Source: Anaeramoeba ignava BMAN
Lineage: Eukaryota > Protista > Anaeramoebae
Assembly: GCA_028826165.1 (NCBI GenBank)
Contig: JAPDFW010000053.1
Location: forward strand, 124,001 to 188,000
Direction of reading: 5' to 3'
DNA: 64,000 bases
Shown: positions 50,664-63,139 of the stretch, in pieces
Layout: every line of letters begins with the position of its first letter
How positions within the stretch are numbered: position 1 is the stretch's first letter
The notes under the pieces: generated by a model
What the model saw: the letters and a program-made list of their open reading frames with translations, nothing else
What the model was told of the DNA's origin: nothing
The model's database searches: none
Program-made: the position numbers and the translations under genes

Positions 50664-52094
50664 ATGTCTCTTCGTTTTGAAAACAAAAATAAACTTATTC
50701 AAGATTACTCAAATCTTTTTCAAAACCACCAATTCGCAGATTTTCAAGTTGAAATTCAAATGCAAAATAATAAAAATTCCATTTTTGATTGTCATAAATG
50801 CATTCTTTCTTCAAGAAGTGACTACTTTAAAGCTTTATTCAATTCGCAAATGAAAGAATCTAAAGAAGGAAAAGTTCTTTTTTCTAATGTTTCTCCTTTA
50901 ATTATGAACCAAATATTGAAATACATCTATATTGGAGAAATCGAAATCAGTCACGAAAACGCAATTGAATTATTAATTGAATCAAAAAAACTTCTTTTGG
51001 ATCAACAAATAATCCAAACAGTCACTTCTTTCATCAAAACAAATCTTACAGCTGAAAATGTTGTCGATATTTTTCATCTTGCAACTCAATTTGATTTAGA
51101 TGAAATCACCAAATTTTCATTTGATTTCATTCTCCAAAATTTTTTGCAAATCCAGAATCAAAATCAGCAATTTTTTCGATTAACGGAAGAAGATCTCATA
51201 TCAATTTTATCACGAAACAACTTCCAATTCTCTTCGGAATCAGATATTTTCAGCTCTATTTTATTGTGGATCGATTTCCATTCACAAACACAAAATATTA
51301 ATCCCAAAAACATTTTTAAATGCATTAGATTCTGTGATATGAATCATTCAGAACTTCAAAAAATACAGGAATCAAATGTCATAAAAAACTCTTTTCTTCA
51401 TGAGATCATACAAAATATTTTATCAAAATCTGCAATGGATCACACATTCCAAGAAAAACTCAAACAAAAATCGGTCAAATCCTTCCAAACTCGAATTCAA
51501 ACACCTCAAAATTCAACCATTTTATTAGAAAATCAGGATTACACCAAAACTCTTTTTGATTGGATTCATGATTCCCAATTTTTTAACACAATGCAACTCG
51601 GTTATTTAGCAAAAAGAGACGGTTTTTCTCCTTCAAAATTCCACGAGCTTTGCGATAATAAAGGCAAAACTTTAGTTCTTTTTCACACTCAAGAAAACAA
51701 TATTTTTGGAGGATTCACTTCAAAAGGTTGGGTTTCAGATCCAAATTTTTGGGCTACAAAATCACTTGGATCTGGTTGGGTTAAAGATCCTCATTCCTTT
51801 ATTTTTTCACTTCAAAATTCAAAATCAAATTCCCCTCAAAAATTCAATATTAAACCAGAAAGAAATTCTTATTCTGTTTTTTATTCTCCTTTTCATGGTC
51901 CTACTTTTGGTGATCGAGACTTCGCAATTTTGTCAAAAACATTCCAAAAAAATGATCCCTTTGATGCTTTTCTTTCTAATTTTGGTTATGCTTATCAAGT
52001 TCCTTTTGATCTAAAAGATCCAAAAAAATTTTTTAGTGATCCTGAAAAGTTTACAATTGATCAAATTGAAGTTTATTTTGAAAATCAAAACTAA
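50664..52094 (+). CDS. BTB/POZ-BACK-TLDc domain protein
   Basis: BTB: DCHKCILSSRSDYFKALFNSQMKES. BACK: SESDIFSSILLW. TLDc: RDGFSPSKFHELCDNKGKT, IFGGFTS, SFIFSL, GPTFG, IEVY. Confidence 0.93.
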   Translation: MSLRFENKNKLIQDYSNLFQNHQFADFQVEIQMQNNKNSIFDCHKCILSSRSDYFKALFNSQMKESKEGKVLFSNVSPLIMNQILKYIYIGEIEISHENAIELLIESKKLLLDQQIIQTVTSFIKTNLTAENVVDIFHLATQFDLDEITKFSFDFILQNFLQIQNQNQQFFRLTEEDLISILSRNNFQFSSESDIFSSILLWIDFHSQTQNINPKNIFKCIRFCDMNHSELQKIQESNVIKNSFLHEIIQNILSKSAMDHTFQEKLKQKSVKSFQTRIQTPQNSTILLENQDYTKTLFDWIHDSQFFNTMQLGYLAKRDGFSPSKFHELCDNKGKTLVLFHTQENNIFGGFTSKGWVSDPNFWATKSLGSGWVKDPHSFIFSLQNSKSNSPQKFNIKPERNSYSVFYSPFHGPTFGDRDFAILSKTFQKNDPFDAFLSNFGYAYQVPFDLKDPKKFFSDPEKFTIDQIEVYFENQN

Positions 52095-52191
52095 ATTTAC
52101 TCAATAAATTTTTTTCAATCCAAAATTTAATTCTTTTTTTATTTCAATAAATCAAAAAATGAAAAAAAAAAAGAAAAAATAAATTTTCATT

Positions 52192-53344
52192 TCATTTCAT
52201 TTCCACTAATGAATAATAACAACTATCATTATCTTGCTTCTCTTGATTTAGAAAATCTTTTGTAAAAGGTGATTGTTGATCATCATCTTTTTCTGGATTA
52301 AATGTTACTCTAAATCTTGAATATTCAGAACAACAATATCGAATTTTTGATCTAATTTCAACATCAAAAATTACAAATATCCAAAAATCCCAAAATCCTT
52401 GAGAAGTTATTAATAATGAATGTAAAATATCTAATGTTGGAATATCTTTTTCATAATGTAACATTTCTCTTATTCTCTTTTATTTATTAAATTTTAAAAT
52501 GAAATTAAAAAATATTAATTTTAATTTTAATCATTTCTAATATATAAAAAAAGGATAATACTCTAATTGTTGCTGGAATAATAATTATAAAATAAACTAA
52601 TGGAATTAAACTCATTCTTAATTGAATCCAAACTTTGTTTAAATGATTTTTCCTTTGGAATGGATCAAATCTTGAAACAATCTTAAATATTTTTCTTAAT
52701 CTAAACATAATTAAAATATAAAATACTAAACAAATAATTGCATAAAGCCAAAGAAAAAAGTAAACAACCTATTTTTATTAATATTAATATTAATATTATT
52801 TTTAATATTATTATTAATAATATTTTTACAAAAGTAACTTTTCCATTATCAGAATAACACCTAAATAATTAAATTAAATAATCAATTAATTTAGTTTAAT
52901 TTAATTTATAAATTTTTAGAAATACCAATAAGCTTTTGATTGAATTGGTTTTGTTGCAAAAATTGCCATCCAAATAGTAGAAAAAGTTTTAATCCACATT
53001 AATAAATGAAACCAATTTTGAATTTTATTAAGTTTCAAATCAGAAAATCCTTTAACAACTTTAAGATAAGATAATATTGAAATTGAAGCAGACCAAAATT
53101 GAGGAGCAGAAACAAAGCATGAAAGCATATAGAATTGAATATAACAAATTAATTTACTTTTTTGACCAGGTAATAAATAACTTAATGCTTGAAGAAAATC
53201 ATAAATTGAAAGAATAAATATTAATTTTCGATACAAATATCTAAGCTCTCTGAAATAAAGATAAATAATAATAATCAATAAAGAGCCAATCATTCCTAAA
53301 CTTGCACCAGTTATTGTTACAATATTTATCACTTTAAAATTCAT
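52192..53344 (-). CDS. cAR/GPR157-like GPCR copy 1 (4 exons)
   Basis: 7 hydrophobic segments; RKLIFILSIYDF, ICYIQ, YW|C, SQGFWDFWIF; microexon 52830-52860. Confidence 0.85.
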
Positions 53345-53599
53345 TTGTTTTTTTTTTTTTAAAAAACTATGATTGAGAACAAATTCCCAAAAAAAAAAAA
53401 TTTTAAAAGAAAAATGAAATGAAAAAGGGAATTTGAATTAAAAATTAAATAAAAAACTTAATCACTTTAACACTTGTAATTCCAATCATTTTTTTTTTCC
53501 CTAATAGTAAGATCCACTTGTCAATTTTTTTCAATTCAAAATTCAATTCATTTTTTTATTTCAATAAATCAAAAAATGAAAAAACAAAAAAATAAATTT

Positions 53600-54750
53600 T
53601 CATTTCATTTGCATTTGCATTAAATGATAATAATTATCTTGCTTCTCTTGATTTAGAAAATCTTTTGTAAAAGGTGATTGTTGATCATCATCTTTTTCTG
53701 GATTAAATGTTACTCTAAATCTTGAATATTCAGAACAACAATATCGAATTTTTGATCTAATTTGTGGATCAAAAATTACAAATATCCAAAAATCCCAAAA
53801 TCCTTGAGAAGTTATTAATAACGAATGTAAAATATCTAATGTTGGAATATCTTTTTCATAATGTAACATTTCTCTTATTCTCTTTTATTTAAATAAATTT
53901 TAAAATGAAATTAAAAAATATTAATTTTAATTTTAATCATTTCTAATATATAAAAAAAGGATAATACTCTAATTGTTGCTGGAATAATAATTATAAAATA
54001 AACTAATGGAATTAAACTCATTCTTAATTGAATCCAAACTTTGTTTAAATGATTTTTCCTTTGGAATGGATCAAATCTTGAAACAATCTTAAATATTTTT
54101 CTTAATCTAAACATAATTAAAATATAAAATACTAAACATATAATTGCATAAAGCCAAAGAAAAAAGTAAACAACCTATTTTTATTAATATTAATATTAAT
54201 ATTATTTTTAATATTATTATTAATAATATTTTTACAAAAGTAACTTTTCCATTATCAGAATAACACCTAAATAATTAAATTAAATAATCATTTAATTTAA
54301 TTTAATTTAATTTATAAATTTTTAGAAATACCAATAAGCTTTTGATTGAATTGGTTTTGTTGCAAAAATTGCCATCCAAATAGTAGAAAAAGTTTTAATC
54401 CACATTAATAAATGAAACCAATTTTGAATTTTATTAAGTTTCAAATCAGAAAATCCTTTAACAACTTTAAGATAAGATAATATTGAAATTGAAGCAGACC
54501 AAAATTGAGGAGCAGAAACAAAACATGAAAGCATATAGAATTGAATATAACAAATTAATTTACTTTTTTGACCAGGTAATAAATAACTTAATGCTTGAAG
54601 AAAATCATAAATTGAAAGAATAAATACTAATTTTCGATACAATACTCTCAATTTTTTGAAATAAAGATAAATAATAATAATCAATAAAGAGCCAATCATT
54701 CCTGAACTTGCACCAGTTATTGTTACAATATTTATCACTTTAAAATTCAT
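53600..54750 (-). CDS. cAR/GPR157-like GPCR copy 2 (near-identical to copy 1)
   Basis: Same exon structure; microexon 54236-54266. Confidence 0.85.
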
Positions 54751-54972
54751 TTGTTTTTTTTTTTTAAAAAACTATGATTGAGAACAAATTCCCAAAAAAA
54801 AAAAATTTTAAAACAAAAATGATCAGGCAAAAAAAAATCATTTTTTTTTTCTTCTTTTTTTTTTTAAAAACAAAAAAAGGGTTTCCAAAAGTATTTTACA
54901 ATCTGATTATAATTTATTTCTTTTCTTTTCTTTTTTCTTTTTAGAAAAAAAAAACAAAATAAAATATTAAGG

Positions 54973-56166
54973 TTAATTTATTGAGTGCTGATCATTTCCT
55001 TCAAATTCAAGTAGAGGATGTTCAATGAATTTTTGATCAACGAAATCTTTATGGAATAGAGAATGGTTATTATCATCATCAAATTGTTCAAAACTTGGAT
55101 ATTCCAAAATTTCTAATTTTTGAGTATTTTTTGAGCATTTATTATAGATTTTTTTCCTCATTTCTGAATCAAAAACAATAAATATCAAAAAATCCCAAAA
55201 TCCATGAGTTGAAGAAAGTAAGGCACGAGGAATATCAATAGCAGGAATACTTTTATCTGGTGAATGATGAATATCATAAATTCTCTAAAATTGTTTTTTG
55301 TTTTAATTTAATTTAATTTAATTTAATTTAGAAAAGAAAAGAAAATTTACTCTTATTGTTGTTGGAATGAAAATTAGGATATAAATTAATGGAATAAAAC
55401 TCATTCGGATTTCTACCCAAATTTGGTTCATTTCTGATTTTTTTGATGAAGGATTTTTATTCAAGATGAATTTCACAATTTTTCTTAATCGAATAAGTGT
55501 TAAAATGTAAGAGATCAGACAAATAATCAAAAAAGTCCAAACAAATATGTAAAATGTCTAAGAAAAAATTTTTTAAGAAGTATTGTTAGATTTCCAAAGT
55601 TTGAATTGAGATCTAATTTTTCTAGAGGAAAAAAAATCAAATACAATTATAAAAGAAGAATGTGAGCAAAAGCACCTAAAAAACAAAATTAAATGAAAAA
55701 ACAATAAGAAAATTGAAATTAAATCAAAATCAAAATCAAAATCAAATTTCTACCAATAAGTTCTTGCATAAGTTGGATTTGGAAAAAAAGCAACAAATGA
55801 AGCAAAAAAGACAACAATCAACCACATCAATAAATGGAACAATTTTTGGATTTTATTCAATTTTTTTTCATTAAATCCTTTAACAACTTTCAGATAAGAT
55901 AAGAAGGAAATTGCAGCAGACCAAAATTGACAAGTTGAACCAAATCCAGCAATTAATTCACCTTGAATTCTACAAATAATTTTATTTGAATGACCTGGTA
56001 ACAAAAAACTTAATGAATGAACAAAATCATAAATAGATAAAATGAATATTAGTTTCCTATAGAAATTTTTCCACTCTTTAAAACGAAAATAAATTATTAG
56101 GATTATTAATGCTCCTGTTGTTCCCAAACTTGCTCCAATTATTGTTAATAGATCTTCTGTTTTCAT
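54973..56166 (-). CDS. cAR/GPR157-like GPCR copy 3
   Basis: Same 4-exon structure; microexon 55645-55675; STHGFWDF. Confidence 0.85.
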
Positions 56167-56369
56167 TTTAATTTAAAAAAATTTATTTTTGCTTTTTTTC
56201 TTTTTGGAATATTAAAAATAATAAAGATTAATTTATTTAATTAATTTATTAAAGATGACTAAAATAATTCTTTTAAAAATAAATTGAAAAATGAAAATTG
56301 AAAAAATAAAAAATTGAAAAAAATTGTTAAACTAAAATAAATTATTTTTTCAATTTAAAAATGTTTATT

Positions 56370-57848
56370 TTAATCATATGAATCAGATTCAGATTCGTCA
56401 TCAACTTCAACTTCAACTAAAGATTGTAATATTTTATTTTTTGAACCATCTTTGATAAATGAGTGAATGCTTATATTTCCTGCATCTTTTTGATCAAGTT
56501 TGGAAATTTCCATTTTGAATTCATCTTCTGATTTATATCTGCAACAAAAAATTTTAAGTTTCTTTCTTATTTTTGGATCAAAAACAACAAAAATCCAAAA
56601 ATCCCAAAAACCTTGAGAAGAAGAAAGTAAACCTTGTAAAATATTAATAGATTCAATTTCAGAAGCTGATGAATGAACAAAGGATCTTATTCTCTATTTA
56701 TTATTTATTATTTATTATTTGATTTTGATTTTGATTTTGATTTTTGATTTTGATTTTAAATTTTGATTTTAAATTTTGATTTAAATTTGATTTAAATTTT
56801 GATTTAAATTTGATTTAAATTTGATTTAATTTTGATTTAATTTTAATTTAATTTTGATTTAATTTTGATTTAAATTTTGATTTAATTTTGATTTTAATTT
56901 TGATTTTTATTTAATTTTGATTTTAATTTAAATTTAATTTTGATTTTAATTTTAATTTAATTTTGATTTTAATTTAAATTTAATTTTGATTTTTGATTTT
57001 TAATTTAATTTTAATTTTGATTTTGATTTAATTTTGATTTTCTACTCTTATTGTGGCTGGAATAAAAATTAGAATATAAATTAATGGAATAAAACTCATT
57101 CTAAATTCGATCCAAACTTCATTCATTTGTCTTATTTTTGTTGTATGATATTGGCCTAAAATGAGTTTCATTGTTTTTCTTAATCGGAAAACAATCAAAA
57201 TATAAAATATCAAACAAGTAATTAAAAAAAACCAAAGAAAAGAATAAAATGTCTAAAAAGAGAGAAAAAAAATTTTTTTTATGAGAACAAAATTTTGAAC
57301 TAGTAAAAATAACAGGGATCTTACAATAAGAAAAACTTCTTCCACTGTAGCACACCTATTTTTTATAAAATTAATAAAAATCAAAAAATTTTTCTTATTC
57401 ATATTTTATAAATAAATTCAAATTGAAAATACCAATAAGTTTTTGAGTTATTTGGTGTTGGAAGAACAGCAGAAAAAATAATAAAGCCAATCACAATCAA
57501 CCACATAATTAAATGGAACCACTTTTGAATTTTATTCAATTTTTGTTCATCAATTCCTCGATAAATTTTAAGATATGATAAGATGGAAATTGAAGCTGAC
57601 CAAAATTGAGAAGTTAAAGCAAAAGCGCCAAGCATTTCACATTGAATTCTACAAACAATTTTATTTGAGTGTCCTGGTAATAAATAACTTATTGATTGAA
57701 AAAAATCATAAACTGATAAAATAAATATTAAATTTCTATAAAAGTTTTTAAACTCTTTAAATTTGTAATAAATAATTATAATTAATAATGCTCCAATCAT
57801 TCCTAAACTTGCTCCAATTATTGAAGAAATATCTTCTTTTGAAAGCAT
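56370..57848 (-). CDS. cAR/GPR157-like GPCR copy 4
   Basis: Microexon 57325-57355; repeat-expanded intron 56694-57045. Confidence 0.85.
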
Positions 57849-57959
57849 TTTTATTTAATAAAAAAAAAAATGAAAATCAAAAAAATCAAAAAAATTTTTA
57901 ATCAATTATTTGAAAAAAAAAAACAGAAAACTAAAAACTATTGAAGAAAAATTTTCAAA

Positions 57960-60659
57960 CTAATTTGATTCTATGTCCTTATTTGTAAAATCCATTAAAG
58001 GACGTCCACTTTCTTGTTGATCAATTAAATCTTTTCCAAAAAAAGCAGCTTTTTCTTGAAATGAATTTTTAAACATTACTTTATCTAAATTTGAATTTTC
58101 TTGAGAAAATTTTGAAAAGGAATTTCGAAGTTTTTTTCTTATTTCTTGATCAAAAACAACAAAAATCCAAAAATCCCAAAAACCTTGAGAAGAAGAAAGT
58201 AAACCTTGTAAAATATTGATAACTTCAATATCGGGAGTTGATGGATTAATTAAATTTCTAATTCTCTATTTAAATTTTTAATTTAATTTTAATTTGAATT
58301 TGATTTAATTTTGATTTAATTTTGATTTTGATTTAATTTTGATTTGATTTTGATTTAAAATTGATTTTAATTTTAATTTAATTTTGATTTAAATTTGATT
58401 TAATTTTGATTTAATTTTGATTTAATTTTAATTTATTTTTGATTTAATTTTGATTTAATTTTGATTTAATTTTAATTTAATTTTGATTTAATTTTGATTT
58501 AAATTTAATTTAATTTTAATTTAATTTTGATTTAATTTTAATTTAATTTTGATTTAAATTTGATTTAATTTTAATTTAAATTTAATTTAAATTTGATTTA
58601 ATTTTGATTTAAATTTGATTTAATTTTAATTTAATTTTAATTTAATTTTGATTTAATTTAGATTTAATTTTGATTTAATTTTAATTTAATTTTGATTTAA
58701 TTTTAATTTAAATTTTTGATTTAATTTTGATTTAATTTTGATTTAATTTTGATTTAAATTTGATTTAAATTTGATTTAATTTTAATTTAATTTTGATTTA
58801 ATTTTGATTTAATTTTGATTTAATTTTAAATTAATTTTGATTTAATTTTGATTTAATTTTGATTTTAATTTTGATTTAATTTTGATTTAATTTTAATTTA
58901 ATTTTGATTTAATTTTGATTTAATTTTGATTTAATTTTAATTTAATTTTGATTTAATTTAAATTTAATTTTGATTTAATTTTGATTTGATTTTGATTTAA
59001 TTTTGATTTGATTTTGATTTAATTTTGATTTAATTTTGATTTAATTTTAATTTAATTTTGATTTTAATTTTGATTTAATTTTGATTTAATTTTAATTTAA
59101 TTTTGATTTAATTTTGATTTAAATTTGATTTAATTTTGATTTAATTTTGATTTAATTTAAAATTAATTTTGATTTAAATTTAATTTAATTTTGATTTAAT
59201 TTTGATTTAATTTTAATTTAATTTTGATTTAATTTTGATTTAATTTTGATTTAATTTTGATTTAATTTTAATTTAATTTTGATTTAATTTTGATTTAATT
59301 TTGATTTAATTTTGATTTGATTTTGATTTAATTTTGATTTAATTTTGATTTAATTTTGATTTAATTTTGATTTAATTTTGATTTGATTTTGATTTAATTT
59401 TGATTTAATTTTGATTTAATTTTGATTTAATTTTGATTTAATTTTAATTTAATTTTGATTAAATTTTGATTTAATTTTGATTTAATTTTGATTTAATTTT
59501 GATTTAAATTTGATTTAAATTTGATTTAATTTTAATTGGATTTTGATTTAATTTTGATTTAATTTTGATTTAATTTTGATTTAATTTTGATTTAATTTTG
59601 ATTTATTTTTGATTTAATTTTGATTTAATTTTGATTTAAATTTGATTTAATTTTGATTTAATTTTGATTTAAATTTGATTTAATTTTGATTTAATTTTGA
59701 TTTAATTTTGATTTAATATTGATTTGATTTTGATTTTCTACTCTTATTGTGGCTGGAATAATAACCAAAATATAAATTAATGGAATAAAACTCATTCTAA
59801 ATTCAATCCAAACTTGATTCATTTGTTTAACTTTTGTTGTTTGATATTTTCTTAAAATATTCTTAATAATTTGCCTTAATCGAATAAGAATGAAAATATA
59901 AAATATCAAACAAACTAACAAATAAAACCAAATAAAAGAATAAAAAACCTAATAAAGAAATAAATTAAATAAAGAAATTAAATAAAGAAATTAAATAAAG
60001 AAATTAAATAAAGAAATTAATAAAGAAATTAAATGGAAAAAGAATGGAAAAAAAAATTTTTTTAGGGGAATAAATTAAAAAAACACGTGGAACATATTAA
60101 TCATCAAATAAAAATTGATAATAAATCAAAATTTAAATTATTTACAGCAACAAAAGCTTTATTTTTAGTCCAACACCTTTTTAATTTTTTTTTAAATTAA
60201 TAAAAGAAATTAAATAAAGAAATTAATTAAAAAAAATTCGAATTACCAATAAGTTGTTGAATCAGTTGGATTTTCAAGAAACAAAGCAGAAACAACAAAA
60301 CCAATCACTGTAATCCACATAAAAACATGAAATTTCTTTTGAATTTTATCAGATCTTTCATCAGTAAATTGCTTAACAACTTTAAGATAAGATAATAAAG
60401 ATATTAAAGCAGACCAAAATTGACAAGTTGTACAAAAACCAGAAATTAATTCAAATTGAATTCTACAAACCGTTTTATGTTTATGTCCTGGTAATAAGAA
60501 TATCACTGATTGTAAAAAATCATAAACTGATAAAATGAATATTAATTTTCGATAAAATATTTTTGTTTCTTTGATTCGAAGATAGATAATAATAATCAAT
60601 AAAGCTCCAATCATTCCTAAACTTGTTCCAATTACAGCAAAAATTTCATCTTTTTTCAT
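57960..60659 (-). CDS. cAR/GPR157-like GPCR copy 5
   Basis: Microexon 60146-60176; intron 3 (58266-59741) is filled with an 11-bp repeat. Confidence 0.85.
58280..59735. repeat. Intronic 11-bp satellite (GATTTAATTTT)n
   Basis: Visible tandem repeat. Confidence 0.95.
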
Positions 60660-60830
60660 AATTATTTGATCTTAATTTAATTCACAAAAAAAAAATTCAA
60701 AAAAAAAAAATGAAAAATTAAATTTGGAAAAAAATATTTTTTTATTCACTTTTTTTTTTGTTTTTGCTTCAAATCAATTAAAAAAACAATTAATTAATTC
60801 AAAGTAAAAAAAAAAACTGTTTCTTTTTAT

Positions 60831-62774
60831 TTAATCAGAATAACTTGAATTAATTGAATTATTGATTAAAGAAGATTCTAAATTCATTTTTTCTGTATCC
60901 AATAATTGGACTTGATTTTCTGAATTATTTTCATTGATTGTTGAAGAATTAAGAGATAAATGATGAGATTTTTTTGAACAACAATTTCTGATTTTTTTCC
61001 TCATTTCTGGATCAAAAACAATAAAAATCCAAAAATCCCAAAAACCTTGAGAAGTAGAAAGTAAAGCTTGAAGAATATCAACAGTAGGTATTTCAGAATA
61101 TGAAGGATGAATAAAATTTCGAAGTCTCTAAGAAAATCAATTGATTCCAAAATGTTATTTTTTTTTTGGATTTAAAAAAAAAATTTTCATTTCTTTCTTT
61201 AAAAAAAATTTTTTGTTAAATCACTTTAATTGTTGCTGGTATCATAATTATAATATAAATCAATGGGATAAAACTCATTCTGAATTCAATCCACATTTGA
61301 TTAATTTGACTTGGAGTTGTTAAGTTTGATTGATTAATCATAGCGTGAAGAATTTTGCGTAATTTAGAAAATGTTAAAATGTAAAATATTAAGCAAATAA
61401 TCAAATAAAGCCAAATGAAAGAATATTCTGTCTAAAACATTAAATTATTATTTTGATTTATTTATTTATATTTATATTTAGATTTTGATTTATATTTTGA
61501 TTTTGATTTTGATTTATATTTATATTTATATTTAGATTTAGATTTAGATTTAGATTTAGATTTAAATTTATATTTAGATTTTGATTTATATTTATATTAA
61601 TATTTAGATTTATATTTAGATTTATATTTATATTTAGATTTAGATTTATATTTAGATTTAGATTTTGATTTATATTTAGATTTAGATTTTGATTTAATTT
61701 TGATTTAGATTTAGATTTAGATTTTGAATTTATATTTAGATTTATATTTATATTTATATTTATATTTTGATTTAGATTTAGATTTAGATTTATATTTATA
61801 TTTATATTTATATTTAGATTTAGATTTAGATTTAGATTTAGATTTAGATTTAGATTTAGATTTTGATTTATATTTATATTTATATTTATATTTATATTTT
61901 GATTTAGATTTAGATTTAGATTTAGATTTTGATTTAGATTTTGATTTAGATTTAGATTTAGATTTAGATTTATATTTATATTTAGATTTAGATTTATATT
62001 TATATTTATATTTATATTTATATTTAGATTTTGATTTTTGATTTATATTTATATTTATATTTAGATTTAGATTTTGATTTAGATTTAGATTTAGATTTAG
62101 ATTTAGATTTAGATTTAGATTTAGATTTAGATTTAGATTTAGATTTAGATTTAGATTTATATTTATATTTATATTTAGATTTAGATTTAGATTTAGATTT
62201 AGATTTAGATTTAGATTTATATTTAGATTTTGATTTAGATTTAGATTTAGATTTAGATTTACAATAAGAAGAGCTCTTTCAGTTGAAAAACACCTTTTAA
62301 AAAAAAAAGAAAAAATTTTTAAATAATTAATTAAAAAATTTTTAAAATAATTACTTACCAATAAGTCTTTGAATCATCAGGATCATTAAGAAAAGCAGCA
62401 AAAATAACAAAAAAAATAACAGTTATCCACATAAATAAATGAAGAAATTTAGGGATTTTATTTAAAAAATTGACAGGATAAGATTTAACAATTTTCAAAT
62501 AAGATAATAAAGAAATAGAAGCAGACCAAAATTGTGAACTTGTCCCGAATCCAGCAATTAATTCAAATTGAATCCTACAAATAACTTTATTTGAATGGCC
62601 TGGCAAAAAATAACTTATTGATTGAATAAAATCATAAACTGATAAAATAAACACTAATTTTCTATAGAAAAATCTTGTTTCTTTAAAAAATAAATAGACT
62701 AAGATTATTAATAAAGCTCCAGCCATTCCAAAACTTGCTCCAATTATTGTACATACTTCTTCTGAATTAGTCAT
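60831..62774 (-). CDS. cAR/GPR157-like GPCR copy 6
   Basis: Microexon 62263-62293; intron 2 (61432-62262) is filled with a hexamer repeat. Confidence 0.85.
61460..62260. repeat. Intronic hexamer microsatellite (GATTTA/TATTTA)n
   Basis: Visible tandem repeat. Confidence 0.95.
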
Positions 62775-63139
62775 TTGAATTTTTTTTTTAAAAGTGAATT
62801 TTTTTTTTTTGATTAAATCTTATTGATTCAAATAGAAAAATAAAAATTTAAATGAAAAATGAAAAATCAAAAATTATCAAAAAAAATTTTTCTCTTTGTA
62901 AATAAATAAATAAATAAATAAAGATTATTCAAAGGAATTTATAAAATGAAAATGAAAGAAGATAAAAATGGATCAAAATATTTTTTCCACTTTTTTTTTT
63001 TAAAATCAAAATAGAAAATTGAAAATTGTTTTTATTTTGAAAATCAATTTAGAAAGTAAAATTGAACAAAAAAAAAAAAGAAAACAAAAATAATTATAAA
63101 AGAAAAAATATTGAAAGAATTTTTTTCATCCAAAAAAAA

